Part shown: piece after piece, positions 48,963 to 58,453 of the stretch
Layout of the letters: each line of letters begins with the position of its first letter
Numbering within the stretch: the first letter of the stretch is position 1
From: an uncultured Gemmatimonadales bacterium
GTDB taxonomy: Bacteria > Gemmatimonadota > Gemmatimonadetes > Gemmatimonadales > Gemmatimonadaceae
Assembly (NCBI GenBank): GCA_963725205.1
Contig: CAVRXR010000002.1
Coordinates: forward strand, 700,615-764,614
Direction of reading: 5' to 3'
DNA: 64,000 nt
Made by a program: the position numbers and the translations under genes
Notes under the pieces: model-generated
Told to the model about the DNA's origin: nothing
The model's database searches: none
What the model saw: only the letters and a program-made list of their open reading frames with translations

Positions 48963-50283
48963 CTATACCGCGCCGCGGCCCTTGAGCTCGAGATACCGGT
49001 TCACGACCGCGGCTGTCATCGCTTGCGGCCGCACGTCGATCACGGACACGCCGGCCTGTCGCATCCGCTCCAGCGCTTCCTCTCGCGCGGACAACAACTC
49101 TTCGGCCGCGGCGCGCTCGTAGACGCCGAGTGCGGTCGACGCGCCGGCCGGTGCGGCCGCAGTCACCAACGCTTCGTTGCGCAGCGCCACGACCACCGGG
49201 AGATGATGACGCGCGCCGCGCGTCGTGTGCGCGATCAACGAGTACGATGCCCGCGGGTCGATCACGTCCGTGTAGAACACGATGAGGGACCGCTTGCGCT
49301 GTCGCGTGTCCAACGTCCGGAACGCCGTCGCATAGTCCGGCTCCGCCATCGACGCCCGGAGCGGGATCAGCGCCGACCGCAGCGCCGCCAACCCGCCTCG
49401 GCCCCGCGCCGGTGGCACCCACGCCCGCACTTCGTCGTCGAACGCCAGCAGTCCCACATGATCGCCCGACTCCCGCGCGATGTCCGCCAACACCAGCGCC
49501 GACGACAAGGCGTACTCGAACCGTGGGAGATCGTCCGCCATCTGTGTCATGAGGCGCCCACAGTCCATCACGATCATCACGGTCTGACCCTGCTCGACCG
49601 AGAACTCCCGCGTGATCAGCGTCTGCCGACGCGCCGAGGCCTTCCAGTCGATGAGGCGCGGATCATCACCCTGTGACGTACTCGCGAAGCCCCGCGAAGC
49701 TCGTCCCTTCGCCGCGCCGCCGGAGCACGCGCACGCCCGCGTCACGCAACCGATGCTGCATCGCGAGCAACCGATACCGCCGCACGTTCGCGATCGACGG
49801 CGCGATCAGCACGGTGTCCTGCGGACGCCACCGGTAGGTCCGCGCCATGAGTCCCAGCGGGCCGCGCACGCGCACCGCGATGCGACCCAGTGGCCACTCG
49901 CCGCGCTCGCGGCCCGTCAGCTCCACTCGGAGGGTCGCCGGTGCGTCTGCACGCGCGATGAACACCTGCGGCATCGGCGTCTCCCGGCGGACCGCGCGCG
50001 GCAGCTCGTCGTACAATGCCCCGCGCACCGTGACCGGCCACGCCACGGTCACCCGATACGATCCCGTCACCAGGTCGCCCACGCCGATCGCCTGCGGGAT
50101 CTCTCGATCCACCACGACGCGGCCCCGCCCCGGCAGCAGAGCCGCATCCACCGCCGCGAGCGCGACGATCACCACCACGAGCACGATCCCCACTGCCTGG
50201 GGCAGCCCCGCGAGCGCCGCAATCGCCCAGATGGGCGAGGTCAGGATGAAGACCCAGGCGAGGCGGGAGGTGGGGAGGGGCAC
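48963..50283 (-). CDS. DUF58 domain protein; frameshift near 49665-49675
   Basis: The signature LREYVTG / GDDPRLIDWKASAR is split between ORF 49666..50283 and ORF 48963..49745. Confidence 0.85.
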
Positions 50284-50289
50284 GGGGGG

Positions 50290-51423
50290 CTATTGCGGCG
50301 CCCGCACCCGCGCCAGCACGCCCTGGATCACATCATCAGCGGTGCGGCCTTCGACCTCGAGCTCCGGCGCGACGATCACCCGGTGACGCAGCACCGGGAC
50401 CGCGTAGTCCTTCACGTCGTCCGGGGTCACGAAGTCACGACCCACCAGCAGCGCCGCCCCGCGCGCCGCGCGGAACAACATCACCGCCGCGCGCGGCGAT
50501 CCGCCGAGCGTGAGCCCTGTGTCCTCACGCGTCGCACGCACGATGTCGGCCACGTATGCCTGCACCTCGGGGGCGACTTTCACCGTGTTCACCGCGGCGC
50601 GCAGCGCGCGACACGCGGCGACGTCGAGCAACGGCGTGATCGGATGCTCCGCCAACCGGTCGGGATCGAAGCCCGCCGCCTGTCGCTGCAGCATCTCGAG
50701 CTCCGCCGCTCGGTTCGGGTAGCCGACTTTGATCTTGACCAGGAAGCGATCGAGCTGTGCCTCCGGAAGCGGATAGGTCCCCTCATACTCCACCGGATTC
50801 TGCGTCGCAAAGACGGTGAAGAGGTCGCTCAGCGGGCGCGCGACGCCATCGGTCGTCACCTGGCGCTCCTGCATCGCCTCGAGCAGCGCCGCCTGTGTCT
50901 TCGCCGGCGCGCGATTGATCTCGTCGGCCAGCAACAGGTCCGTGAAGATCGGCCCCGGATGAAACTCGAACTGACGCGTCGTCGCCTGCAGCACGCTCAC
51001 CCCCGTGATGTCCGAGGGCATGAGGTCGGGCGTGAACTGGATCCGGCCGAATCGCGCGCCCAGCACTTCGGCGAGCGTCCGGATCAAGAGCGTCTTCGCC
51101 GTGCCCGGCACGCCCTCGAGCAGGATATGCCCGCGCGCGATGAAGGCGACGAGCGCCTCCTCGATCACGTCGTCCTGCCCCACGATGCGCGACGCGACCA
51201 CCTCGCGAATCTGTTGCAGGGTCGCCGCGATGCGCCCGATCGCTTCCCGCGCCGCCGGGTCGGTCACCACCCAGCTGGCGGTCGCCAAAGACGCCCGGCC
51301 GGCCGTCGGTGACAAATCGGGCGACGGGGCATTCGCACCCGACGCTGATGCCTCGGACGTCAACGCGGCAGGCGTGCGCTCTGGGGAAGGGGTCACCGGT
51401 GCATCAGGGGAGGGCACGGCCAT
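50290..51423 (-). CDS. MoxR-family AAA+ ATPase
   Basis: IVGQDDVIEEALVAFIARGHILLEGVPGTAKT, and DEINRAPAKTQAALLEAMQE. Confidence 0.9.
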   Translation of the reverse strand: MAVPSPDAPVTPSPERTPAALTSEASASGANAPSPDLSPTAGRASLATASWVVTDPAAREAIGRIAATLQQIREVVASRIVGQDDVIEEALVAFIARGHILLEGVPGTAKTLLIRTLAEVLGARFGRIQFTPDLMPSDITGVSVLQATTRQFEFHPGPIFTDLLLADEINRAPAKTQAALLEAMQERQVTTDGVARPLSDLFTVFATQNPVEYEGTYPLPEAQLDRFLVKIKVGYPNRAAELEMLQRQAAGFDPDRLAEHPITPLLDVAACRALRAAVNTVKVAPEVQAYVADIVRATREDTGLTLGGSPRAAVMLFRAARGAALLVGRDFVTPDDVKDYAVPVLRHRVIVAPELEVEGRTADDVIQGVLARVRAPQ

Positions 51424-51425
51424 CC

Positions 51426-52788
51426 TCAGCGTGGGTTGTGGTGAACAGGGACTGCTTGATGGGACGCGGGAAACGCACAATCGATGCGATCCACGGCGGC
51501 CGCGACTTCCAAGAGCTCGGCGGGCTGTAGCGTCCGATGCTCCGCGGCAAGAATCTGCTTGACGTCACCCGCCAGCGCCGGGCGGCTCGCAGCCACCGCG
51601 CCGAGAAACCGATCGTCGGCGTCGCCCCCAGCCGCCTGCGTGCGGAGTGACCATCCACCGCGGTCGTGGCGGCGCCGGAGCCCACGTACGAGTCGGGCGA
51701 CGGCGGTCTGCGTCGCATCGATGCGCTCATATGCTTGCGCCAATGCATCCACGTGCTCGAGTGCCGATCGCCGCTCGACGCGAGGCACCGTGCGCGGCGC
51801 GAGCGCGCGCACACCAAACGCCAGGATCAGCACGAGGCCACCCGCCAACAGCTGCAGGATTGCATGGCCCACGGGGTGGCGTCCCAGGAATCTGGTCGTC
51901 GGCTCCCAGATGCCGGCGTGCGCCCCATAACCCTCGTGGTATTCGTCGAACACGAGCGGCGGCCGCTGGCCTGCGGATGCGTAGTCGATCGCCGCGATGA
52001 TGCGCGGCCCGATGCCGGCCTTGCAATCGCGCACCACATCGTTGCGCAACGCGTCGGGGTCTGCGACCGCGACCACGCGCCCGCGACCCCACGGATAGCC
52101 GACGATCGCCGGATGCAGATGCCGCCGGTTGGTCGGATGCACCGACAGAAACACGGCGGTGTCGCTCGCCACGCGAGCTGGCCTGACCGAATCCGCGGCA
52201 TTCGAGCGAGTCCCGCAGGTAGAAGAGACGGACGCTATTCCTCAGCCACACCAAGGTATTCTCGAACGTGCGGGCCGGACACGCCGCCGTGTCGGCACTG
52301 GCGAGCCCTCCCACGGGGCCGCCGTCCGTCGAATGACGGAGTGGCAGCGAGTCGCCGAGCGCGGACCCGTTCTCGACGACGTACACGAGTCCCGCGCCAT
52401 GGCGCACAGCCTCCAACAGCGCGTGCGTCTCGCCGGCGGTCACCGGCTCTGGGCCGCCGAGCACCGCATACACGGCGTTGCTGTCCAGCGGCTCGCGAAA
52501 CGGCACCAAGCGGCGCGCCGTTGGCCACCCCAGGCGGTGCGCGACTTCGTACAGTCCTTTGGCCGACGCCGGACCCGCCGAATACGTCGTGAGCCGGAGG
52601 TCCAGCGCGCCCGAGCCCGTGTCTGGCGTCAGGATGACTGCGATCACCATGACGACCGCAAGCAGGGAGAGCACGACGCGCGGCCGTAGCGCCTGCGCGA
52701 GCCAGTCGCCACGTGCGGGCCCCGCGGAGCCCGCAGGCAATGGGTTGGCTCCCGAGGCGGGTGCGATCGGCGCCTGTGGTGTCGTCAT
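51426..52788 (-). CDS. DUF4350-like membrane-anchored protein; frameshift near 52195-52210
   Basis: The N-terminal half is in ORF 51727..52788 and the C-terminal half in ORF 51426..52172. Its position in the MoxR operon supports the call. Confidence 0.7.
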
Positions 52789-53447
52789 GTCCGCGGTGTC
52801 GTGGGGGCGACGCGTGGGTCGCCCATCATCATGCCGACTGCGAGTGCGTGGAGCCGCTCGTAGCGCTCGCGATCGCAGAACCCCAGACCATATACGACGA
52901 CTTCATAGAGGCGAGCGAAGTCGCGAAAGCCAGGAATCAGGTCCGACGACCGGCGACGCAGCTCTCGCAGATAGTCGCCCACGGTCTTGGACGGATGGAT
53001 GCGCAGATCCTCGCGTCGCGCGACGCCCTCCAGTAGTGCGGCGTAGAGGACGTGGGCCGCATTGGTGTATTGCTGCGCTGCGGCCAACCGCTGCGACTCT
53101 GCCCACGGGTCCATTCGCCTGCCAAACGGGCCGCGCACCTGCCGCGGTCCCTCCCCCAGCGCCGCCGCCCGCACCGCGATCGCGATACGTGCGACCAGGA
53201 GAATGGCCAGGATCACGAGAATGGCAACGACGATGGGCCGCGTCAGCTTCGAGGTGCCGACGGCCTGGAACACGCGCTCCAACAGCTCGAACACCCAGTT
53301 CCAGAAGCGATCCCAGAGGGACTCGCCGACGGTGCGATCGTACGCCCGCTGACTGAAAACGCTGGCGATGGTATCGCGCACCGCTACGGTAAGCGGCGAT
53401 TGGAGCGGCCTGCCGATCACTGCCCCGATCAGTACCGGAGGATGCAT
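52785..53447 (-). CDS. DUF4129-like protein
   Basis: TM helix followed by TVGDYLRELRRR...FARLYEVVVYG. The stop overlaps the next start (ATGA). Confidence 0.7.
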   Translation of the reverse strand: MHPPVLIGAVIGRPLQSPLTVAVRDTIASVFSQRAYDRTVGESLWDRFWNWVFELLERVFQAVGTSKLTRPIVVAILVILAILLVARIAIAVRAAALGEGPRQVRGPFGRRMDPWAESQRLAAAQQYTNAAHVLYAALLEGVARREDLRIHPSKTVGDYLRELRRRSSDLIPGFRDFARLYEVVVYGLGFCDRERYERLHALAVGMMMGDPRVAPTTPRT

Positions 53448-53478
53448 CCTGTCTGCAGATGTCGAGTGCTCGGAAGCC

Positions 53479-53820
53479 TTACGATCCGAACCGTGCCTCG
53501 CAGTAGTCCCACAGCCACGCGCCCAGCAGATACCCAACGACCCCGCAGACGATGAAGAGCGCAGCAATACTCAGCCAAAGGGGTCGGACCGCAGCGACCG
53601 ACAGTGCCATGCCCGGCGTCGAGGCACGCACGCGGAGGATGCGATACACCGTCGTGAGCGCACCCGCGGGCAAACCCCAGCTCGCGACGCCATAACGCCA
53701 CACGAAGGCGCGGCGACCGGCCAACCGCGTCCGTGCCCACCGCGCGTGCGCGTGCGCCACGGTCTCGGACGCCGGGCTGGTCGTCGTCACGCGACCCTCA
53801 CCCTCGTCACCCGCGTTCAC
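53479..53820 (-). CDS. Small membrane protein at the head of the MoxR cluster
   Basis: 113 aa with two hydrophobic helices. Confidence 0.4.
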   Translation of the reverse strand: MNAGDEGEGRVTTTSPASETVAHAHARWARTRLAGRRAFVWRYGVASWGLPAGALTTVYRILRVRASTPGMALSVAAVRPLWLSIAALFIVCGVVGYLLGAWLWDYCEARFGS

Positions 53821-53925
53821 GGGCGCATCGTCCGGGTCTTGGTCACCGGAGCACTTCCTTCGCGATGCTCTGCCGAGGGCGGGCGACGCAGGCGTCGCCC
53901 CTGCGGGGCCTGTCGTTTGGCGCGC

Positions 53926-55095
53926 TCATCGGAGCACGGCCTTCGCTATGGTCTGCAACTGCATGTTGGACGTCCCTTCGTAGATCGTGCCGATCTTCGC
54001 GTCGCGATAGAACTTCTCGACCGGGTAGTCTGTCGTGTATCCGTACCCACCAAACAGCTCGAGGCACACGGAGGTCACACGTTCGCACACCTGGGAGGCG
54101 AAGAGCTTCGCCATCGCACCTTCGCGCACGATGTCGTGGCCCGCGTCCTTGAGGCGTGCGGCATTGTAGACCATGAGCCGCGCGGCCTCGAGCTCGGTCG
54201 CGGCCTGTGCGATCTGGAACTGGATGCCCTGAAACTCCGCGAGCGCCTTGCCGAACTGCTTGCGCTCCTTGATGTAGGCCGTCGCCGCGGCCAGGGCGCC
54301 GGCGGCCACGCCGATCATCTGCGCACCGATCCCGATCCGCCCCTCGTTCAGCGTCTCGATCGCGATCTTGTATCCCTGGCCGACGGGCCCCAACACGTTG
54401 GCGAGCGGTACCTCGCACCCATCCAGCATCAGCTCGACGGTGCTCGACGCCCGAATGCCCAGCTTGTCTTCCTTCTTTCCCACGCGGAATCCCGGGAACC
54501 CTCGCTCGACCACGAACGCCGTGATGCCTTTGTAGCCCGCTTCCCGGTTCGCGTTCGCGAAGAGCACGAAGATCTCGGCTTCGGCCCCGTTGGTGATCCA
54601 CATCTTACGCCCGTTGAGGACGTAATGGTCGCCCGAGCGCGTCGCCGTGGTCTGCATCCCAAAGGCGTCTGATCCCGAGCCGGGCTCCGACAGGGCGTAC
54701 GCACCCACGGTGTCGCTCGTGAGGCGCGGCAGGTAGCGCGCCTTGATGTCGTCGCTTCCGTAGCGCAGGATCGGGTAATTGACGAGCGTGTTCTGGACGT
54801 CGACCATGATCGCCGCCGACGCGTCCACGTGGCTCACGGCTTCGACGGCCAACGCCACCATCATGAGCGATCCGCCGGCGCCCCCGTACTGCTCGGGCAC
54901 CTCGATACCCATGAGGCCGAGTGAGAAGTACTGGGGGATCAGGGCCGGATCGATTCGTCCAGCGCGCTCCATCTCGCGCACCCGCGGTCGGACCTCATGA
55001 TCCGCGAAGTCCGCGATCGCGTCGCGGAACATCGACTCCTCGTCGGATAACGAGGTGAGCGGCGGCCGGGTCGTCGGCGCGACGTCCGAGGTCAT
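53926..55095 (-). CDS. Acyl-CoA dehydrogenase (short/branched-chain type)
   Basis: 389 aa, intact. YALSEPGSGSDA, WITNG, and GGYGYTTDYPVEKFYRDAKI. Confidence 0.95.
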   Translation of the reverse strand: MTSDVAPTTRPPLTSLSDEESMFRDAIADFADHEVRPRVREMERAGRIDPALIPQYFSLGLMGIEVPEQYGGAGGSLMMVALAVEAVSHVDASAAIMVDVQNTLVNYPILRYGSDDIKARYLPRLTSDTVGAYALSEPGSGSDAFGMQTTATRSGDHYVLNGRKMWITNGAEAEIFVLFANANREAGYKGITAFVVERGFPGFRVGKKEDKLGIRASSTVELMLDGCEVPLANVLGPVGQGYKIAIETLNEGRIGIGAQMIGVAAGALAAATAYIKERKQFGKALAEFQGIQFQIAQAATELEAARLMVYNAARLKDAGHDIVREGAMAKLFASQVCERVTSVCLELFGGYGYTTDYPVEKFYRDAKIGTIYEGTSNMQLQTIAKAVLR

Positions 55096-55222
55096 GGGGG
55101 GAAGATAACGGCAACGGGGTCCGGGATCGGGGGTCTGGTGGTCCGTCTGGGGTTAGCCTGTGCGAGGAATCGCTAGCCCTGGACGGACCCCGGTGTCCGG
55201 ACCCCTGACCCCTCCGTTCTTA

Positions 55223-55795
55223 CTACTTCACCCAATCCACAGACTGGACAGCAGCGTCGATTCGGTCCTCGAGGGCGCCGAGTGCAGCGGGCGGGAACGG
55301 TGACTCCTGTTCGTGCATGACGACTTTCACCTTGCTCCCTTCGCGCAGCAATGTCGTCGCGACTGGGCTGGGCGTCAGCCCCGGAGGATACTTCGCGGTC
55401 AGGGAGTCGTACCCGAGCCTGCGGAAATCCCCCACGAGACCCTCGACCGTCTCATGCGGCACCCGAGCGTACCAACGGCCAGCCTTGCTCACGTTGGCGA
55501 CGCCGTCGTACACCACCTGGCCGTCCTCATAGAACGCCAGTCTGTACTCGGCGCACTGGCCGTGACACTGCGACCGCTCGAGCGTGATCACCGGCTGTGG
55601 GGTCGCGTCGGCGGCAGCCGTCCGACCATTCGATGCGCAATGTGTGGCTGCGCTCGTCGTCTGGGCGCCTGCTGTTTGCGCCGGCGTCTGTCCGCTCGCC
55701 ATATGCGGGTAGACGAAGACACCGACGCATCCTAACGCGACAGCCCCGGCGAAGCCGCCAGTCAGGGCCGCAACGGATCTCGTGCTCCTTGCCAT
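55223..55795 (-). CDS. DUF6438-like secreted/anchored protein
   Basis: TM/signal segment, then ITLERSQCHGQCAEYRLAFYEDGQVVYDG. Confidence 0.7.
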   Translation of the reverse strand: MARSTRSVAALTGGFAGAVALGCVGVFVYPHMASGQTPAQTAGAQTTSAATHCASNGRTAAADATPQPVITLERSQCHGQCAEYRLAFYEDGQVVYDGVANVSKAGRWYARVPHETVEGLVGDFRRLGYDSLTAKYPPGLTPSPVATTLLREGSKVKVVMHEQESPFPPAALGALEDRIDAAVQSVDWVK

Positions 55796-55845
55796 CCTGA
55801 GGTCTCCAAAGCCTCCGAGGACGGGGACCGGACGGTCCCCCTTCG

Positions 55846-56355
55846 TCATTCTGACGAAGACCCTGGGCTAGAGATAACGGCGGAGCTCGCCGCGGCTGGC
55901 CGTGAAGCCGGGCACGCCTCCCCGCAACGACCCCCCTCGCAGCCGGCATCCCAACAAGCCGACCCCCCGTCGAGTGCCGGCTCTCGGACGGGCGTAACCC
56001 CGGCCCGACTCAGGACTACCGCGGCCAGCATCTCGTGCATGCCAAAGGCCGGGGTCACCTGGAACCGGACAGCCGGGTAGCCCGCAGCCGCCTCCCGGAT
56101 CATGCGCGGGATGTCGCGGGTCGAATGCCGCCCCGGCGACAGCATATAAGGAAAGACGACGACTTCGTCTGCCCCTGCTTCGACACAGCCGGCAAACCCT
56201 TGGGCAATTGAGGGCTCCGCCAGCTCCATGTGTGCATGCCGCACGATCACCCGGTCTCCCGCCAGGTCCTGGACGAGCCTGGCCATGCACGCGAGCATCT
56301 GGTTCGCCTCGGCCAGCCGGGAGCCATGGTCGATGATGAGGACGGCGAGGGGCAT
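55846..56355 (-). CDS. cbiX: CbiX/SirB-type small sirohydrochlorin chelatase with a Cys-rich tail
   Basis: LIIDHGSR...VVVFPYMLSPGRHSTRDIP. The tail is CWDAGCEGGRCGEAC. Confidence 0.85.
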   Translation of the reverse strand: MPLAVLIIDHGSRLAEANQMLACMARLVQDLAGDRVIVRHAHMELAEPSIAQGFAGCVEAGADEVVVFPYMLSPGRHSTRDIPRMIREAAAGYPAVRFQVTPAFGMHEMLAAVVLSRAGVTPVREPALDGGSACWDAGCEGGRCGEACPASRPAAASSAVISSPGSSSE

Positions 56356-56422
56356 GGGACAACAATAACGGCGGGCCCCGGGCTCCGGGATACGGGTTCG
56401 GGAACGACAACGGCCGGTGCAG

Positions 56423-58453
56423 TTACGTGGTCTTCGCGGACCTCGGACCCGGGACCCCAGACCCCGCCGTTCCGATCACCTCCAACGCCAGTTCGACCTT
56501 CCCGAACGGCGCCGACACCTGCACACCCTGCACCGACTCGCGGACGCGCTCGAGCATCTCGCGCGCGATCGCGATGCCCTCGGCCACCGCGTGCTCCTTG
56601 GAGCGCTCGTTGGCGCGACGCATGCGCTCGATCACCGCCGTCCGGCACCGTGCACGCCCGGCACTTCGTTGGCGAGGAACTCGGCGTTGCGCACGGACAC
56701 GAGCGGCCAGATCCCCGCGATGATCGGGATGCGCACGTGCTGCGAGCGATTCGAGAAACCGTTCCAGCTGCGCGACGTCGAACACCGGCTGCGTGATCGC
56801 GTACTCCGCCCCCGCTTCGACCTTCCACTCGAACCGCCGCAGCTCGTGCGACGGGATCGACCGCCGCGGGATTCACGCCGACGCCAATCACGAACCGCGT
56901 CGGTGTCGCCGATCTCGTTGCCGCCAGGATCGAGTCCGTGATTGAGGCGCGACACGAGGTTCGTGAGTCCGATCGCGTCGATGTCGAACACCGCGGTCGC
57001 GTCCGGATACGGTCCCATCTTGGGCGGATCGCCCGTGATGAGCAGCAGGTTGCGCAGCCCCATGGCGGAGGCGCCGAGCAGGTCGCTCAGCATGCCGAGG
57101 AGATTCCGATCGCGGCAGCAGTAATGCGTGACGGCTCTCGATCCCGACTTGCTGCTGGATCAGGATGCTGACGAGCACCGCGCTCATCCGGCTCTGCGCG
57201 CGCGGTCCGTCGGGCACGTTGACCGCATCGACGCCCGCACGGCGCGAGCGCGCGTCACGTCCTGCAGCATGCCGGCCGCATCGACGCCGCGCGGCGGCAC
57301 GATCTCGACCGACGTCACGAACTCGCCCGCGGCAAGCTTCGCGGCCCATCGCGATCGCGTCGCAAAGGGAACGGCGGTGACACGCCCTCCGGCCGCCGCG
57401 GCAGGTTGAGCGGCCCATCGCGGCGCGCCCGTGCGGCGGCTGTAGGGGCGACGCTTGCGTCGCCACTTGGCTCCGCGCGTACGCGCGGATGCCGACGGGC
57501 GGACGCCGTCGGCCATCGCGCGGATGTGCTCGGGCGTCGTGCCGCAGCAGCCACCTACGATCTTGGCGCCTGACTGCATCGAGGTGCCGCGCGTACGTCG
57601 CCATGTACTCGGGACTCGCCATGTACATGCTGCGGCCGCCGACTTCGCGCGGCATGCCGGCGTTGGGTTGCGCGAGAGCTTCGCCGCGTCGCGGGCGACC
57701 ATCCGCTCGATCGCGTCGAGGATCGTCTGCGGGCCCGACCGAGCAATTGAGCCCGATGATGTCCGCGCCGAAGCGGTCGAGCGCGCGCGCGACTTCCTGC
57801 GGGCGGCACGCCGTACGGTGTCAGCCCATCGACGCCGATCGTCATCTGCGCGATGACCGGCATCCCCGGATCGACGTCGCGCGCGGCGTGGATCGCCTGC
57901 TCCATCTCATCGAGATCGGCGAACGTCTCGATGATGAAGCAGTCGGCGCCGCCCGTCGGCCAGCGCCGCCATCTGCTCGCGAAACATCGCGCGCGCCTCG
58001 TCGCGGCTCGTCGGACCGTACGGCTCGATGCGAAGCGCCGAGCGGGCCGACGGCGCCCGCGACGAGTCGCTGCTCTCCAGCTGACGTCGCGGGCCAACTC
58101 GCGCGGCACGCGCGATTGAGCTCGCGCGACCTGCGACTCGAGACCGTACTGGGTGAGCTTCGGGCGATTGGCGCCGAAGCTGTTGGTCTCCAGCACTTCG
58201 GCGCCCGCGCTGCACGTACTCGTCGTGCACGCCGCGGACCAGCTCCGGCGCGCGGACGTTCAGCTCATCGTAGCACTGATTGATGAACACGCCCCTTGGC
58301 ATAGAGCATCGTCCCCATCGCGCCGTCGAAGACGACGATGCGCTCGGGATCGACGAGCCGCGCGAGCAGGTCGCTTCGCGGTCGGACGACGGGCGGCGCA
58401 GGCGCTGCCCCCACGCGCGACGCAGACGTCGTCGGGACGACGCCGGTGGTCAT
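56423..58453 (-). pseudogene. Bifunctional homocysteine S-methyltransferase / 5,10-methylenetetrahydrofolate reductase (YitJ-like), at least 10 frame changes
   Basis: The pieces IVVFDGAMGTMLYAKG, LETNSFGAN, GAKIVGGCCGTTPEHIRAM, FVTSVEIVPPRG, LLITGDPPKMGPYPDATAVFD, IPIIAGIWPLVSVRNAEFLANEVPGV and GVQVSAPFGK are scattered over all three minus frames. Confidence 0.85.

Noticed and set aside
49612-51312. 566-aa plus-strand ORF, the longest unassigned ORF in the window
   Set aside because: It lies antisense to the MoxR and DUF58 genes. Its extremely Arg/His/Asp-rich composition has no motifs. It is a typical shadow ORF of a high-GC gene on the other strand.
53368-54672. 434-aa plus-strand ORF
   Set aside because: It lies antisense to the well-supported acyl-CoA dehydrogenase. 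It is Arg/Gly-rich and has no recognisable domain.
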